From: Mobula hypostoma
Taxonomy: Eukaryota
Direction: 5' to 3'
Length of the DNA stretch: 64,000 nucleotides
Assembly: GCF_963921235.1 (NCBI RefSeq)
Contig: NC_086108.1
Coordinates: 43,464,001-43,528,000, forward strand
Below are positions 1-11,520 of the stretch, piece by piece. A model generated the notes under the pieces. The model saw only the letters and a list, made by a program, of their open reading frames with translations, searched no databases and had not been told where the DNA came from. The stretch's first letter is position 1. Each line of letters starts with the position of its first letter. The position numbers were made by a program, and so were the translations under genes.

Positions 1-848
1 CAAGAACCTTTCAACCTCTACTTTAAATCTACTCAATGACTTGGCAACCACGACCAGTTGTGACAATGAATTCCACAAATTAACCTCCCCCCGGCTAAAG
101 GAATTCCTGCTCATCTCTGTTTGAAATGGACATCCCTCTATCTGAGACTGTGCCCTCTGGTCATAGGCTTACCCTCTAGAGGAAACATTCTCTCTCTCCC
201 CCCCAGCCCCATTCTTCTAAACTCCGGTGAGTCCAAGCTCAGAGCCATCAAATACTCTTCATATGTTAACCCATTCATTCCTAGAATCATTCTCGTGAAC
301 CTCCTCTGGACCTTCTCTAATGTTAGCACATTTTTTCTTAGACAACAGGCCCAAAACTGCTTACAGTACTGCATCCAGTCTAGCCAGTGCCTTATAAAGC
401 CACAGCATCACATCTTTGTTCTTGTATTCTAGTCCTCTCAAAATGACTGCTAACATTACATTTGCCTTCCTTACTACCAACTCAACTTGCAAGTTAACCT
501 GCAGAAGGACTTCAGTTCCTATGTACCTCTTACTTTTGAATTTTTTTCCCATTTAGAACATACTCTACACCTTTATTCCTTCTATCAAGGTCATGCTTTT
601 CTACCCTAGAATCCATTTGCCACTACTTTGCCCATTCTCCCAATGTGTGTAAGACCTCCTGAAGACTCCCTGCTTCCTCAACACTACTTGACCCTCCACC
701 TATCTTTGTACTGTCTGCAAACCTGACCACAAAGCCATGAATTCCATCATTTAAATTGTTGACATATAACATGGAAAGAAGCAGTCACAATACCTTGCCC
801 TGCAGAGCACCATTTGTCATCGGCAGCCAAACAGAATAGGTCCTCTTT
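1..848 (-). mobile_element. CR1 LINE ORF2 3' fragment (degenerate), continues at 1851-2445
   Basis: Minus-strand peptides YCKQFW..LEKVQRRFTRMI..TRGHSL and VVRKANVML are typical of the CR1 ORF2 C-terminus. Confidence 0.85.
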
Positions 849-1850
849 AGTCATAGTCATAGTCATACTTTATTGATCCTGGGGAAATTGGTTTTCGTTA
901 CAGTTGCACCATAAATAATAAATAGTAATAGAACCATAAATAGTTAAATAGTAATATGTAAATTATGCCAGTAAATTATGAAATAAGTCCAGGACTAGCC
1001 TATTGGCTCAGGGTGTCTGACCCTCCAAGGGAGGAGTTGTAAAGTTTGATGGCCACAGGCAGGAATGACTTCCGATGACGCTCTGTGCTGCATCTCGGTG
1101 GAATGAGTCTCTGGCTGAATGTACTCCTGTGCCCACCCAGTACATTATGTAGTGGATGGGAGACATTAACCAAGATGGCATGCAACTTAGACAGCATCCT
1201 CTTTTCAGACACCACCGTGAGAGAGTTCAGTTCCAGCCCCACAACATCACTGGCCTTACGAATGAGTTTGTTGATTCTGTTGGTGTCTGCCACCCTCAGC
1301 CTGCTGCCCCAGCACACAACAGCAAACATGATAGCACTGGCCACCACAGACTCGTAGAACATCCTCAGCATCGTCCGGTAGATGTTAAAGGACCTCAGTC
1401 TCCTCAGGAAATAGAGACGGCTCTGACCCTTCTTATAGACAGCCTCAGTGTTCTTTAACCAGTCCAGTTTATTGTCAATTCGTATCCCCAGATATTTGTA
1501 ATCCTCCACCATGTCCACACTGACCCCCTGGATGGAAACAGGGGTCAACGGTACCTTAGCTCTCCTCAAGTCTACCACCAGCTCCTTAGTCTTTTTCACA
1601 TTAAGCTGCAGATAATTCTGCTCACACCATGCGACAAAGTTTCCTACAGTAGCCCTGTACTCAACCTCATCTCCCTTGCTGATGCATCCAACTATGGCAG
1701 AGTCATCAGGAAACTTCTGAAGATGACAAGACTCTGTGCAGTAGTTGAAGTCCGAGGTGTAAATGGTGAAGAGAAAGGGAGACAAGACAGTCCCCTGTGG
1801 AGCCCCAGTGCTGCTGATTACTCTGTCGGACACACAGTGTTGCAAGCACA
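849..1850 (-). mobile_element. Rex1/Babar-clade LINE, 5'-truncated, inserted into CR1
   Basis: Uninterrupted RT C-terminal ORF 1000-1863 (TGAPQGTVLSPFLFTIYTSD, QKFPDD, YKYLG), a (TAGTCA)n tail at about 848-866, and a short CTCTT duplication at the flanks. Confidence 0.85.
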
Positions 1851-2445
1851 CTCTTATTTCCACTCTTTGCCTCCTATCAGTCGGCTAATCCTCTGTTCAT
1901 GCTAGTATCTCTCCTGTAGTAGCATGGGCTCTTGTTAAGCAGCCCGATTTGTGGCATCTTGTCAAAGGCCTTCTGAAAATACAAGTAAGCAATATCTACT
2001 CACTCTCCTTTGTCTGTCCTGCCTGCTATTTCCTCAAAAGAATTCTAACTGATTTGTCAGGCAAGGTTTCCCCCTAAGGAAACCATGCTAACTTTGGCCT
2101 GGTTTATCATGTGCCTCCAGATACCCTGCAACCTCATCCTTAATAATGGACTCTAGCACCTTCCTAACCACTGAAGTCAGGCTAACTGGCCTATAACTTC
2201 CTTTCATCTGCCTCTCTTCATTCTTGGAGTGGAGTGATATTTGCAATTTTTCAGTCCGCCGGAACCATTCCAGAATCTAGTGATTCTTGAAAGATCTTTA
2301 CTAATGCCACCACAATCTCTTCAGCCACTTCTTTCAGACCCTGGCATGTAGTCCATCTGGTCCTTGTGACTTATTGACCTTCAGACCTTTCAGCTTCCCA
2401 AGCATCTTCTAGTAATAGCAACTACACTCGCTCCTACTCCCAGAC
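1851..2445 (-). mobile_element. CR1 LINE ORF2 fragment (continuation of 1-848)
   Basis: CR1 RT-type sequence (reverse complements of KAFDK and YRPVSLTSVV motifs) resumes directly after the Rex1 insertion. Confidence 0.75.
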
Positions 2446-4133
2446 ATGCCTTAGAAATGTTTATGCATAGATGAATGATACTTGAGTTAATAGGATACAT
2501 TTCAACAGCAATGTTCCATTTAATTTTAATTAGATGTAGTGTGCATCATCCAATCTGGTGACCCTGAGAGGGAAACTATCAGTTTGATTGTGGCAACTAT
2601 ATATTGACTAATTTATGTATGTGTTGGTGTTGTCTGTAATTCACCTGGTTGAATTCGTATCTAAGTTTCATGTTTAAGATCCATTTCAAGAATATGAGCA
2701 CTGTAATGATGGTCTGCACTTAAATTCGTTCTTGTGTGAGATGTCCAGTGAGACATTAATATTTAGGTCTCATCTGTTCTCTTCATAGACTGAAAAGAAC
2801 CCTAGAGATTTTTTTGAAGAAGAGCAGGAGAATTATCTCTAATATCCTAGCTAATGCCACTTGTGTAAAGAAAGTTATTTGGTTGTTTTCATATTGCTAT
2901 TTCTATGAGAATTGTTGTACAACCTAAATTAGTGGCTATACTTCAAAATATTTCATCAGCTCATGTTGGAAGAGAAGTAAAATTTGTCTGTTTTTAATGC
3001 CAGACCTTCTTATTTCACTTTTTCCTCAATATACATGGAAAATAACTTGCACGTTAATTTACACGGTTGTGGAGATGTAGCTGTCTAGAGCTGATTTGAG
3101 AAGAGGTCACCTCAGCAGTATGATTCAAAAGTGATGTACCATAAGAATTAGTGTCACAATCATAGTTGTTAACAATTTATATTAATAATTTTAAATTTTA
3201 AGAACTTTTTCTGTAGAAATTTTAAATTGTGGAACTTTCTATTTTCATTTCTTTCAATTTGGAAAAATTATTTAAAAGGAGAAAATTGAGCAACTATTTT
3301 CAGGTCAAGCACAATTCCTGAGACAATTCTTTGAAATATTATCCTATGTCTGTTTATATATTCTATAATTTATATGTATAATGTTAAAGTTTGTAATGGA
3401 ATTGGAAATATGAAGTAGATTTCGTAATGTTAAATTTCTCCATGGGGAGAAACTACTTTGGTAATTCTGGTGAAAAGACTAAAAGGCATGTAGAGTGTTT
3501 AGAAGTGAATTCAGAAACCAGTTCACATTTTTTAAAAAATGGAAATCTGAAGATTCCCCTCCCTAGAGAAGAGTTTGTTTTTTTTTTAGCTATCTGGTAG
3601 AAATGCAACTTAAACAAGGTTGATGTGGGTACTTTCTAATACTTCACATAAGCATTGGCATTGCATTTTGCAGAATAGCATGCAGAATTTTACATGCAAC
3701 TTTCATATGGTACACTTGTCGATAATTAAATAAATTGTGGAACATGGTTCCCTTCAGATCGTATATGTAGTAAACTGAACTTTATTCTGACATGGCATTT
3801 CCACCTCAAACATTAACTCATTAACTGAATCCACATGACCTCTGCTTATTTGCTCTAAATCTTATTCATGCATGTTTTATTAGATTTGATTATTTCAGTT
3901 TTCTCCTGGTTAGTTTTTATCATTCCACAAACTCACTCAAAAGCACATAGAGCATATTTCAACTATCAGTTAATTCCGTGATTAATTCTAGAATTCTCTG
4001 CTTATTCTAGAATTTCCAAATTTTGCATACCTCTATCTTTCTTTCCTCTTGGTATTTAAGTTAAGTACACTAGTATCTTCTAAACAATGCTTGATGAACA
4101 ATATTATTTAATGTTGATATTGTAGTACACTTT

Positions 4134-4442
4134 GTGGGCACGTGGCCAAGTGGTTAAGGCATTGGACTAGTGACCTGAAGGTCGTGAGTTCGAGCCCCAG
4201 CTGAGGCAACGTGTTGTGTCCTTGAGCAAGGCACTTAATCACACATTGCTCTGTGACGACACCGGTGCCAAGCTGTATGGGTCCTAATGTCCTTCCCTTG
4301 GACAACATTGGTGTCGTGGAGAGGGGAGACTTGCTGCATGGACACCTGTTGGTCTTCCATACAACCTTGCCCAGGCCTGCACCCTGGAGAGTGAAGACTT
4401 TCCAGGTGCAGATCCATGGTCTCGCAAGACTACAGATGCCTT
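4134..4442 (+). mobile_element. tRNA-headed SINE
   Basis: A box TGGCCAAGTGG and B box GTTCGAGCC. TAGTACAC duplicated at 4123-4130 and 4445-4452. Near-identical copy at 24463. Confidence 0.9.
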
Positions 4443-6212
4443 TATAGTACACCTTGGCACATTTTTGTTTAGTAAGCACTTTGTAATTACAGATGCTTCC
4501 TTGGCCTATTTCAGAATAGAATTTTAGTTTTGTCTTTCTCTTGCACCAGTTATGATTTGGTTGTACTAAAGTCAGTAATCATAATGCAACTGTTTTTTTA
4601 AAAGGTGAAGCAGATATGAAAATGATGCTATGGTTGAACTTGATTTGCATCTCAAACATATATTAGAATACAACTTTTAGAGAATGTTTTTCTTTGTGAG
4701 GTATACAGTATGTATATGTTTACATTCAGCAGCCAGTATCTTTTTTTTCTTGTCTTTCCAACATTACACAATGGTTCTGACCAGCCATAGTGAGTAAGAT
4801 GCTATGGTTTCAGCTTATCCTTGCTGACAGTATAAATAGTATTTAATAAACTCAGACAGCTAACAAATTAATTTGCTTGTGTGTATATCTAAATTTTATG
4901 CTGTTACTTGTTTCCCAAGTAAAGCCTTTTCTTGATAATACATTTAAATAATTCCTGGTACTTTTTCTTTTCCTTAATCATTTACACTTTAATAACTTCA
5001 ATATGAGAGAGTGTTACCAATGTATTTGCATGGATTATTCTTTTATAAAACTTGGACTTTCCTCTCCTTTTCCTTCGGGTACAGACTTTACAAGTTTAAA
5101 AAAAAATAAGAGCGAGTTTTGAGTATTTATGAAGAGCTGTTAAAAGTACTTCATTTGTTCAAGTAGATCTCATTTTTTTTGCTATCAATAGGTCATTAAT
5201 GTTGATAGTGAATTAGAAAGTGTTAAGCTTATAGGGAATGGACAGAATACAAACTTTTTAATACTCTATATTAAAGAAGGTAATTCCATCACTTGGGTAT
5301 TATCTGTTGGCACCCTTGTTTTTATATTTTGAAGACGCAAATTTGAGTAATGTGATATAAATACAGAATGTAGCACTGCAGCTGCGACGCATGATAAATG
5401 ATGTTGTTTAAAGCACAAATAATGCTTTTCACGTTTGCACCTGAAGTAGTTTAGGTTCTTTTTAAATGACAAAATGGTACAGGCTAAAATGGTTCTGTAA
5501 GACAAATCAGCATTAGTTCAGACCAAAAATAGTTAATATGAACCTGACCATCCAACAAGACCAGATTATCTGTCAGGTTCAGCTTGAATATCCAAAAATA
5601 TTAAGTCTTTAAGGTAGAATCAGCTGTGGTTGTATTGAGCTCAAGAGCTGTTTTTAATTTTGTACTTCTGTTTATGTTACAGATTCTCCAGCCTTGCAAT
5701 GCATAGTAAAGCTTTTATTTTGTTTCCTTGATCTATATAAATGACTAGACCTTTGGCATTTTGAAGTTGAGAAGAATGAAGGCATAATCTTATTGAAACG
5801 TCAATGATCCTAATGGGGCATGATGCACTAGATGCTAAGAAGTTTCCACTATAGCAGAACACAGGCAAGGGGCATTATAACAAAATAATGGGCTGGTCAT
5901 TTAATATTGAGCCACATTGGAATTTCTTCTTACAGAGTGTTTTGTAAGCTAAATCATTAAAGGTATTTTAGAAAGGAGATTTTTTTTTTAAAGATTGGTG
6001 AAGTCTGAACAGTAGGATATGGAGGATGGCAGGACCATGGGGATTGTTGCATAGATTGTGTAAAATGGATTTGTAAACTAGGTATTGGAGTGAATTATAA
6101 CAAAGACCAATGAGCAAAACAAAATAATTCAGATTAAGATTTGCTTAGAAGAATTTGGGTTGAGTAAGTATTGTGTGACAGTGTTCGGAAGAATGCTAAT
6201 GTCCTTTCAACG

Positions 6213-6515
6213 TAGAATCATAGTCATACCACATGGAAATAGATGCGTCAGCACATCAAAACTGGGCCAACCATCAAGCATCCCTTATTATCTGCATATT
6301 TTCATCAATTCCCCCATATGCTAACACTCATTTTCAAATGAGGTGCAATGTACAATGGCCAATTAACCTACCATTCTGCATATTTTTGAATTCTGAGTGG
6401 GTGGAAATTGAACACCCAGAGGAAACCCACATGATCACGGAGAGTGTGCAAATTCCATGCAGGCAGTAGTAGGAGACAGTATTGAGCTTAGGTCACAGGA
6501 ATCGTGTCTCTACTA
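6213..6515 (-). mobile_element. HE1/V-SINE-like element, degenerate
   Basis: GAGGAAACCCACATGATCACGGAGAGTGTGCAAATTCC resembles the reverse complement of the V-SINE core; CR1-like tail at the left end. Confidence 0.55.
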
Positions 6516-6639
6516 ACGAAAGCTCATTGGGAAGGCTTTGGTTTTTGTCATTGGTAAAATGTGCAGATTCATTCAGATCATGACAAAATACGGACTTTTA
6601 GTATCTTTGCTGGCAGGAAACTCAGTGTAACTGGATATA

Positions 6640-7160
6640 CAGTATGGCTAAGATGCAATTTAAATTACAGGAGGAAAGAAAAGTAGAAGGTACTACTTCC
6701 TTGAAGTTATTTTGAGGTTAAGTGGAGAAACAGTTTTGTATGATAAGGGCAAGTTGAGCCATTTAAAGAATGCAATCAAGTTAAGTTATGAAGGTGTATT
6801 GAATAAACTAGGTTTTAACTGTCTTGAGTTTGGAATGTTGAAGGTGAGCAAAGTATGTTCTTAAAATAATTCAGTTTTCAGTACAGTGGGATTAGGTGCT
6901 CTTATGTGAGAGCCCAGCACAATTTAAACCTAGTGATTATAATTTTGGACAGAATTCATGATACACTTGTTCACACAAAACATAATGGAAATGGGTGATA
7001 TTCTTTCTCCAAAAATGGTGTGGTAGTGGGTAATTTTCTAGATTAATAATATCACACTCTTGTGAGATAACTACACCAAAGGATAGGAAGTAAAGGTAGC
7101 TGAATGACTATTTAGTTATAAAAGAGCCATGATCTGATTGAAAGGAATACCAGTGTTAAG
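6640..7160 (+). mobile_element. old CR1 3' fragment
   Basis: Degenerate sequence resembling the CR1 ORF2 end and 3' UTR. Confidence 0.4.
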
Positions 7161-7490
7161 AGTTTTTTTTTCCTGCCACAAATATTTCAGTCTTTTATTT
7201 CCACTCCATAGTTCAGTCCTTTGTATATTTTGTATTACTGGACCATACAGTAACTACATTCTAGCATCCTGGTTTATTTCTGAACAATATTGCAATGCAT
7301 CAACAATACACATACACCGAAGTGCCGTAGTGCTGCACTGTTGAAAGGGATGTTCCAGTGCAAATACTACTGTCCTCTTAACCATCAGTATGGCCACTTC
7401 TCAAAAACAATGCTGCAGCTTTCCTTTAAGTTAAAAAATTAGTTTTTAAGATAACTCATGATCTAAATCTGTTTTGCTTTCCTTTGAAAG

Positions 7491-7606
7491 AACAATTATC
7501 CTGAAGATGGAAATCCTGCAACAACAAATTATATGACTCAGGGAGATAAACTTCGTGCCTTGAAATGTAGGAGACAACCACGATCAGCAACAACTGGAAC
7601 ATTAAG
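7491..7606 (+). CDS. CDC14A: CDC14A dual-specificity phosphatase, internal coding exon (NNYPEDGNPATTNYMTQGDKLRALKCRRQPRSATTGTL-R)
   Basis: Pyrimidine tract plus AG at 7489-7490, GT at 7607. Contains the CDC14 motif TQGDKLRALK. 116 nt, ends in phase 2. Confidence 0.92.
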
Positions 7607-8929
7607 GTAATGCCTTAATAAATGATAAATGAAGTAGTAGGTGCCAATAAAATTCTTAAGTGGGTATAAATGTTATAGAAATTTTAGGTGTGAGTTTGAA
7701 TACATTTAGTCCATATCTCATTATTGAATTGCTACTTCACCTACCGAGCTCATTAAATTTAACACCAAAACTTACTGTTTTGACAACTCTGGAAAAAATT
7801 TTGTGATCTGTATTCCTGCATATGAAATGCAGATTAATAGAATATAGAATTAATTCTCTAACAAAATGTGATCTAAAAGAACATATAACACTTGAATGTA
7901 TACATGACTGTTTCAGTATTATGTTTTGTATAGCACACAGATCTAGTCTGTCAATGTTTATAATTCCATATGAGTTTTCTGTCTTATTTTTATTCTACCT
8001 TGTCAACATACTCTTATATTCCTCCATTTTCTTCTGTTCATCTATTGTCTCAAATGCATCTACTGTTTTGCAACAGTTACTCTTTCTGATACCTAATTTT
8101 TTGATTATTAGCTGCCATCTCAGAATTTACTGAGCCATTTTGGGTTTTCTTCTAATATCTTTTTTTTCTAAACCTTAATGTCTGTATTCTTATTACAGGA
8201 CCGTAGTAGTGTTCAACTCTAATTTGCGCAGTGGATTAGGTTCCTACTTCTCTGGAATTCTTGCCTTGTTCCACTTTTCACATCTCTATTTAAAATGCTG
8301 CTGTTTTGATTGTCCTTCCAAGAATCATATCAAGTTTCTGAGTGATTACTTTTGTGCATTTTATATTCTTACCTGTTTCCCTAGCCTCTGCTCTGAGGAA
8401 CTGCTGAAGTGATTTCTAACTACCTCCCTTTTTGTTTATGTTCACAACCTTCCTTTCCAGCCTAAACATAGTTCAGCTTAGTTCTCCTCTAATTTTGTTT
8501 AACTAGGTAGAACTACTGTTGCTTAGCTCCATGTTTTTATTTTTTAAAGTAACCAGTGAATTGTCCAGATTAAAGTTCAAAGTATATTTTATTATCTAAA
8601 GTACATGTATGTCACTATGTACAACCCTGAGAATCATTTCCTTGTGAGTGTCCTCAGCAAATTGAGGTCAATGAAAGATCAACCAACATACAGATACTTG
8701 TCCTTCTGTTCTCACACCTTGGTTTCCATACTTTGCCTCTTCCATACTTCAGAGTAGCAGAAGTTTCCCACAACAAAATGTGGATTGAAGCCATGGTCTT
8801 TACAGATCAATCCTAGTGTTGGATTAGACACTCCTAGTTTTAACATTTCCCATGCTTTTTATTTTTGTATAATCGGTGGGGAAGGGATGAGCTGGCAGGA
8901 GCAAACTTGCCTTCTCACCTTAAACCTAT

Positions 8930-10160
8930 GCTTTCTAGTATTTGATGTTTCTACCCTTGAGACAAAGACTGACTGTCTACCCTATCTTTGCCTCTCGTTT
9001 TATGTTCTTCTATCAGGTCTCCCCTCAGTCCTCGATGATCCAGAGAAATCAATCCAAGTTTGTCCAACTTCTCTTTATACCTAACATACTGCAATCCAGG
9101 CAACACCCTGGTGAACCTCTTTTACCCTCTTAAAAAGCCTCCACATCTTTCCTGTAATGCGGTGACTAGAATTTTACACAGTACTCCAAATGTGACCTAA
9201 GTTAAGTTTATACAGCTGCAACTTTTATACTCGCGCCATGGCTGAGGTGATAGAGGTGAGTATACTGTATACAGACTTTACAACTTTGTGTAATTATGTT
9301 GCCATTTTCAGGGAGACCCTAAGATTTCTATTTGCATCATTGTTCCTAAGGATCCTACCATTTACTTGTACTTTCCTCTTGCGTTTGACCTCCCAAAGTG
9401 CACCTCACACTTATCTGGATTAAATTTCTTCTGCAGTTTCTTTGGCCATATTTCCAACATCTATATCAAACATAGTGCAGAGAACAGTACAGTACAGGCC
9501 CTTCTGCCCATGCTGTTGTGCCTACCTTTTAACCTATTCCATGGTCATTCTAACTGTTCCCTTCTACTTGCCCCATAACCCTCCCAATTGTCTTTCATCC
9601 ATGTGCTAATCTACGAGCCTCTTGAGTGTCCCTGGTATATCAACCTAACCACCACACTGCATACCAGGCACTCCGTGGAATTAAAAAAAAACTACCTCTT
9701 TCATCTCTCCTAAACTTTTCTCCACTCACCTTAAAAGGATGTCCTCTGGTATTAGCCATTGCTGCCCTGGGAAAAAGGTATACACTTGTATGCCTCTATT
9801 AAAATACCTGATATCAACATTTGGTCTAAATAGAAAAATCCTAGCTTGCTCAGTCTCTCCTCTCAAGATATGTTTTCTAATCCAGGCAGTATCCTGGTAA
9901 ATCTCCTCTGCACCCTCTGATCCTTCCATATCCCTACTAAAAGGAGGCAATCAGAATTGAACACAATATTCCAAGTGCAGTCAATCCTGCTGTACCTTTT
10001 GACAACCTTCCTTCCTATCCACAACTCTGCCAAATTTTGTTTCCTCTGCAAGCTTGCATTTTTCTCCAAATAGTATTCCTGCAGAATGTTGCTGGTCACA
10101 GATCTCCAGTCAGAATAACATCCCTCCAGCAGTACTGTTTTCTTTGACCAAGCCATTATG
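8930..10160 (-). mobile_element. degenerate CR1 3' fragments
   Basis: Minus-strand peptide VQRRFTRILPGLE and CR1 3' UTR-like sequence. Confidence 0.7.
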
Positions 10161-10663
10161 AATTGGTCTACCAAGTCTCAATCATTGTGTTTGTTAAAAT
10201 GCAGCTGTTATACATAATTTTTAATATATAAAAAAAAAGCTTCAGTTCACTAATGTCTGCCCTTTCATCTTGTTGCCTGATGTAGGGTTGCACTTTAATT
10301 TTAAAAATAATTAAGTTACGATTTGCATAACGAAGGACAATTGAAGTGGAAAAACTGATGTCATTCTTTATCCTTAACATATTTGTTGATGTTTCTTCAA
10401 AGATGACTACAATGTGCATTGCAGTGATCAAAGAAGTATTTTTAGTATATTTTCAAAGCTGATTGAACAGATGTAGTTAAGGGATTTTCAAGAGACTAAT
10501 GGCCATCTACTCATTTCCTGTCTGTAGAAAATAAAATTGGAACAAAGCTATTTATCATGGATTTGGATTTTATATTCTTTATTCTATGCACGTATTGAGA
10601 TATAAATGAATAATTGTAATTTAATAAGGGTTATTTTAATTATTATGTCTTGTTATTTTAAAG

Positions 10664-10711
10664 GCTGGATGATATGAAAATTCATTCACGATCTCCATCA
10701 CAACCATTCAG
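10664..10711 (+). CDS. CDC14A: CDC14A 48-nt coding exon (LDDMKIHSRSPSQPF-R)
   Basis: AG at 10662-10663, GTAAC at 10712. Phase 2/2 fits both neighbours. SQPFR matches the vertebrate CDC14A tail as recalled. Confidence 0.88.
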
Positions 10712-11299
10712 GTAACCAACTATATTTATGATTATAATTCTGGCTTAAGTACATTATTAAATAATTACAGAACAGGTAAAAGTGAAACTGAGCTAGTTTG
10801 AACAATGCAAGAATTAAGAAATAATTTCTTAAAACCCCCTTTTTTGAATAACTGGACACTTGTATTTTCAGAATTTCTAATTCTGCTAATTTCACAAGTA
10901 TTTTTTTTCAGCAATATTTGTAAGTTAGATTTTAGGTAAAGTGATCACCTGCTTGAATTCTGCAAACCAGATATATGGCAGTTTCCTTATTGCATAGTAC
11001 CAAATGTCAGTTTACCAAGTCAGTTATGATCTATTCTATTACAACTTGCCCAAGTGTGAAAGACTTGCTTAAGTTAAGAGACTTGTCACAGAATTTGCAT
11101 AGAACATTTAGAAAGAAGAAATTATCCCCAAACAGTTGAACTAAATCAAGTGGAAGTTTGTGTTAAGGTAAAGAAATAAAAAAGAGCTAAGTTGAAGATG
11201 CAGCCTTTAGGGAAGAGCCTTCACTCCTTTGGGACCCGGGTGCTGGACTTTCTGACCTAATTATCTTGGTTTTTCTTTCTGAAAGGAAAACAATAGCAG

Positions 11300-11520
11300 A
11301 ATGCAGATATTGTTACAGAGAGTGTCCTGCAGGTAAATCAATAAGTTACAAAGGTGTGATGGAGATAGATAAGAGATCAAGAGTTCATCTTTATCTTATG
11401 AAGTCAGTTCAATAGTCTTAAACAGTGGGATAGAAGCTGTTCTTAAGCCTGAAGGTGCATGCTTTTGTGCTTTTGTATCTTCTAACTGATGGAAGGGGAG
11501 GGAGAAGAGCGAATGACTGG
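11300..11520 (-). mobile_element. Rex1-clade LINE 3' fragment (left part), split by a CR1 insertion
   Basis: Sequence continues collinearly at 15443. Confidence 0.6.

Noticed and set aside
4134..4205. tRNA gene
   Set aside because: A/B boxes run into a 240-bp body with a TSD and a second copy, so this is a SINE head.
2500..7400. Additional upstream CDC14A exons
   Set aside because: No splice-bounded frame resembling CDC14A was found by eye; the catalytic exons probably lie before the window.
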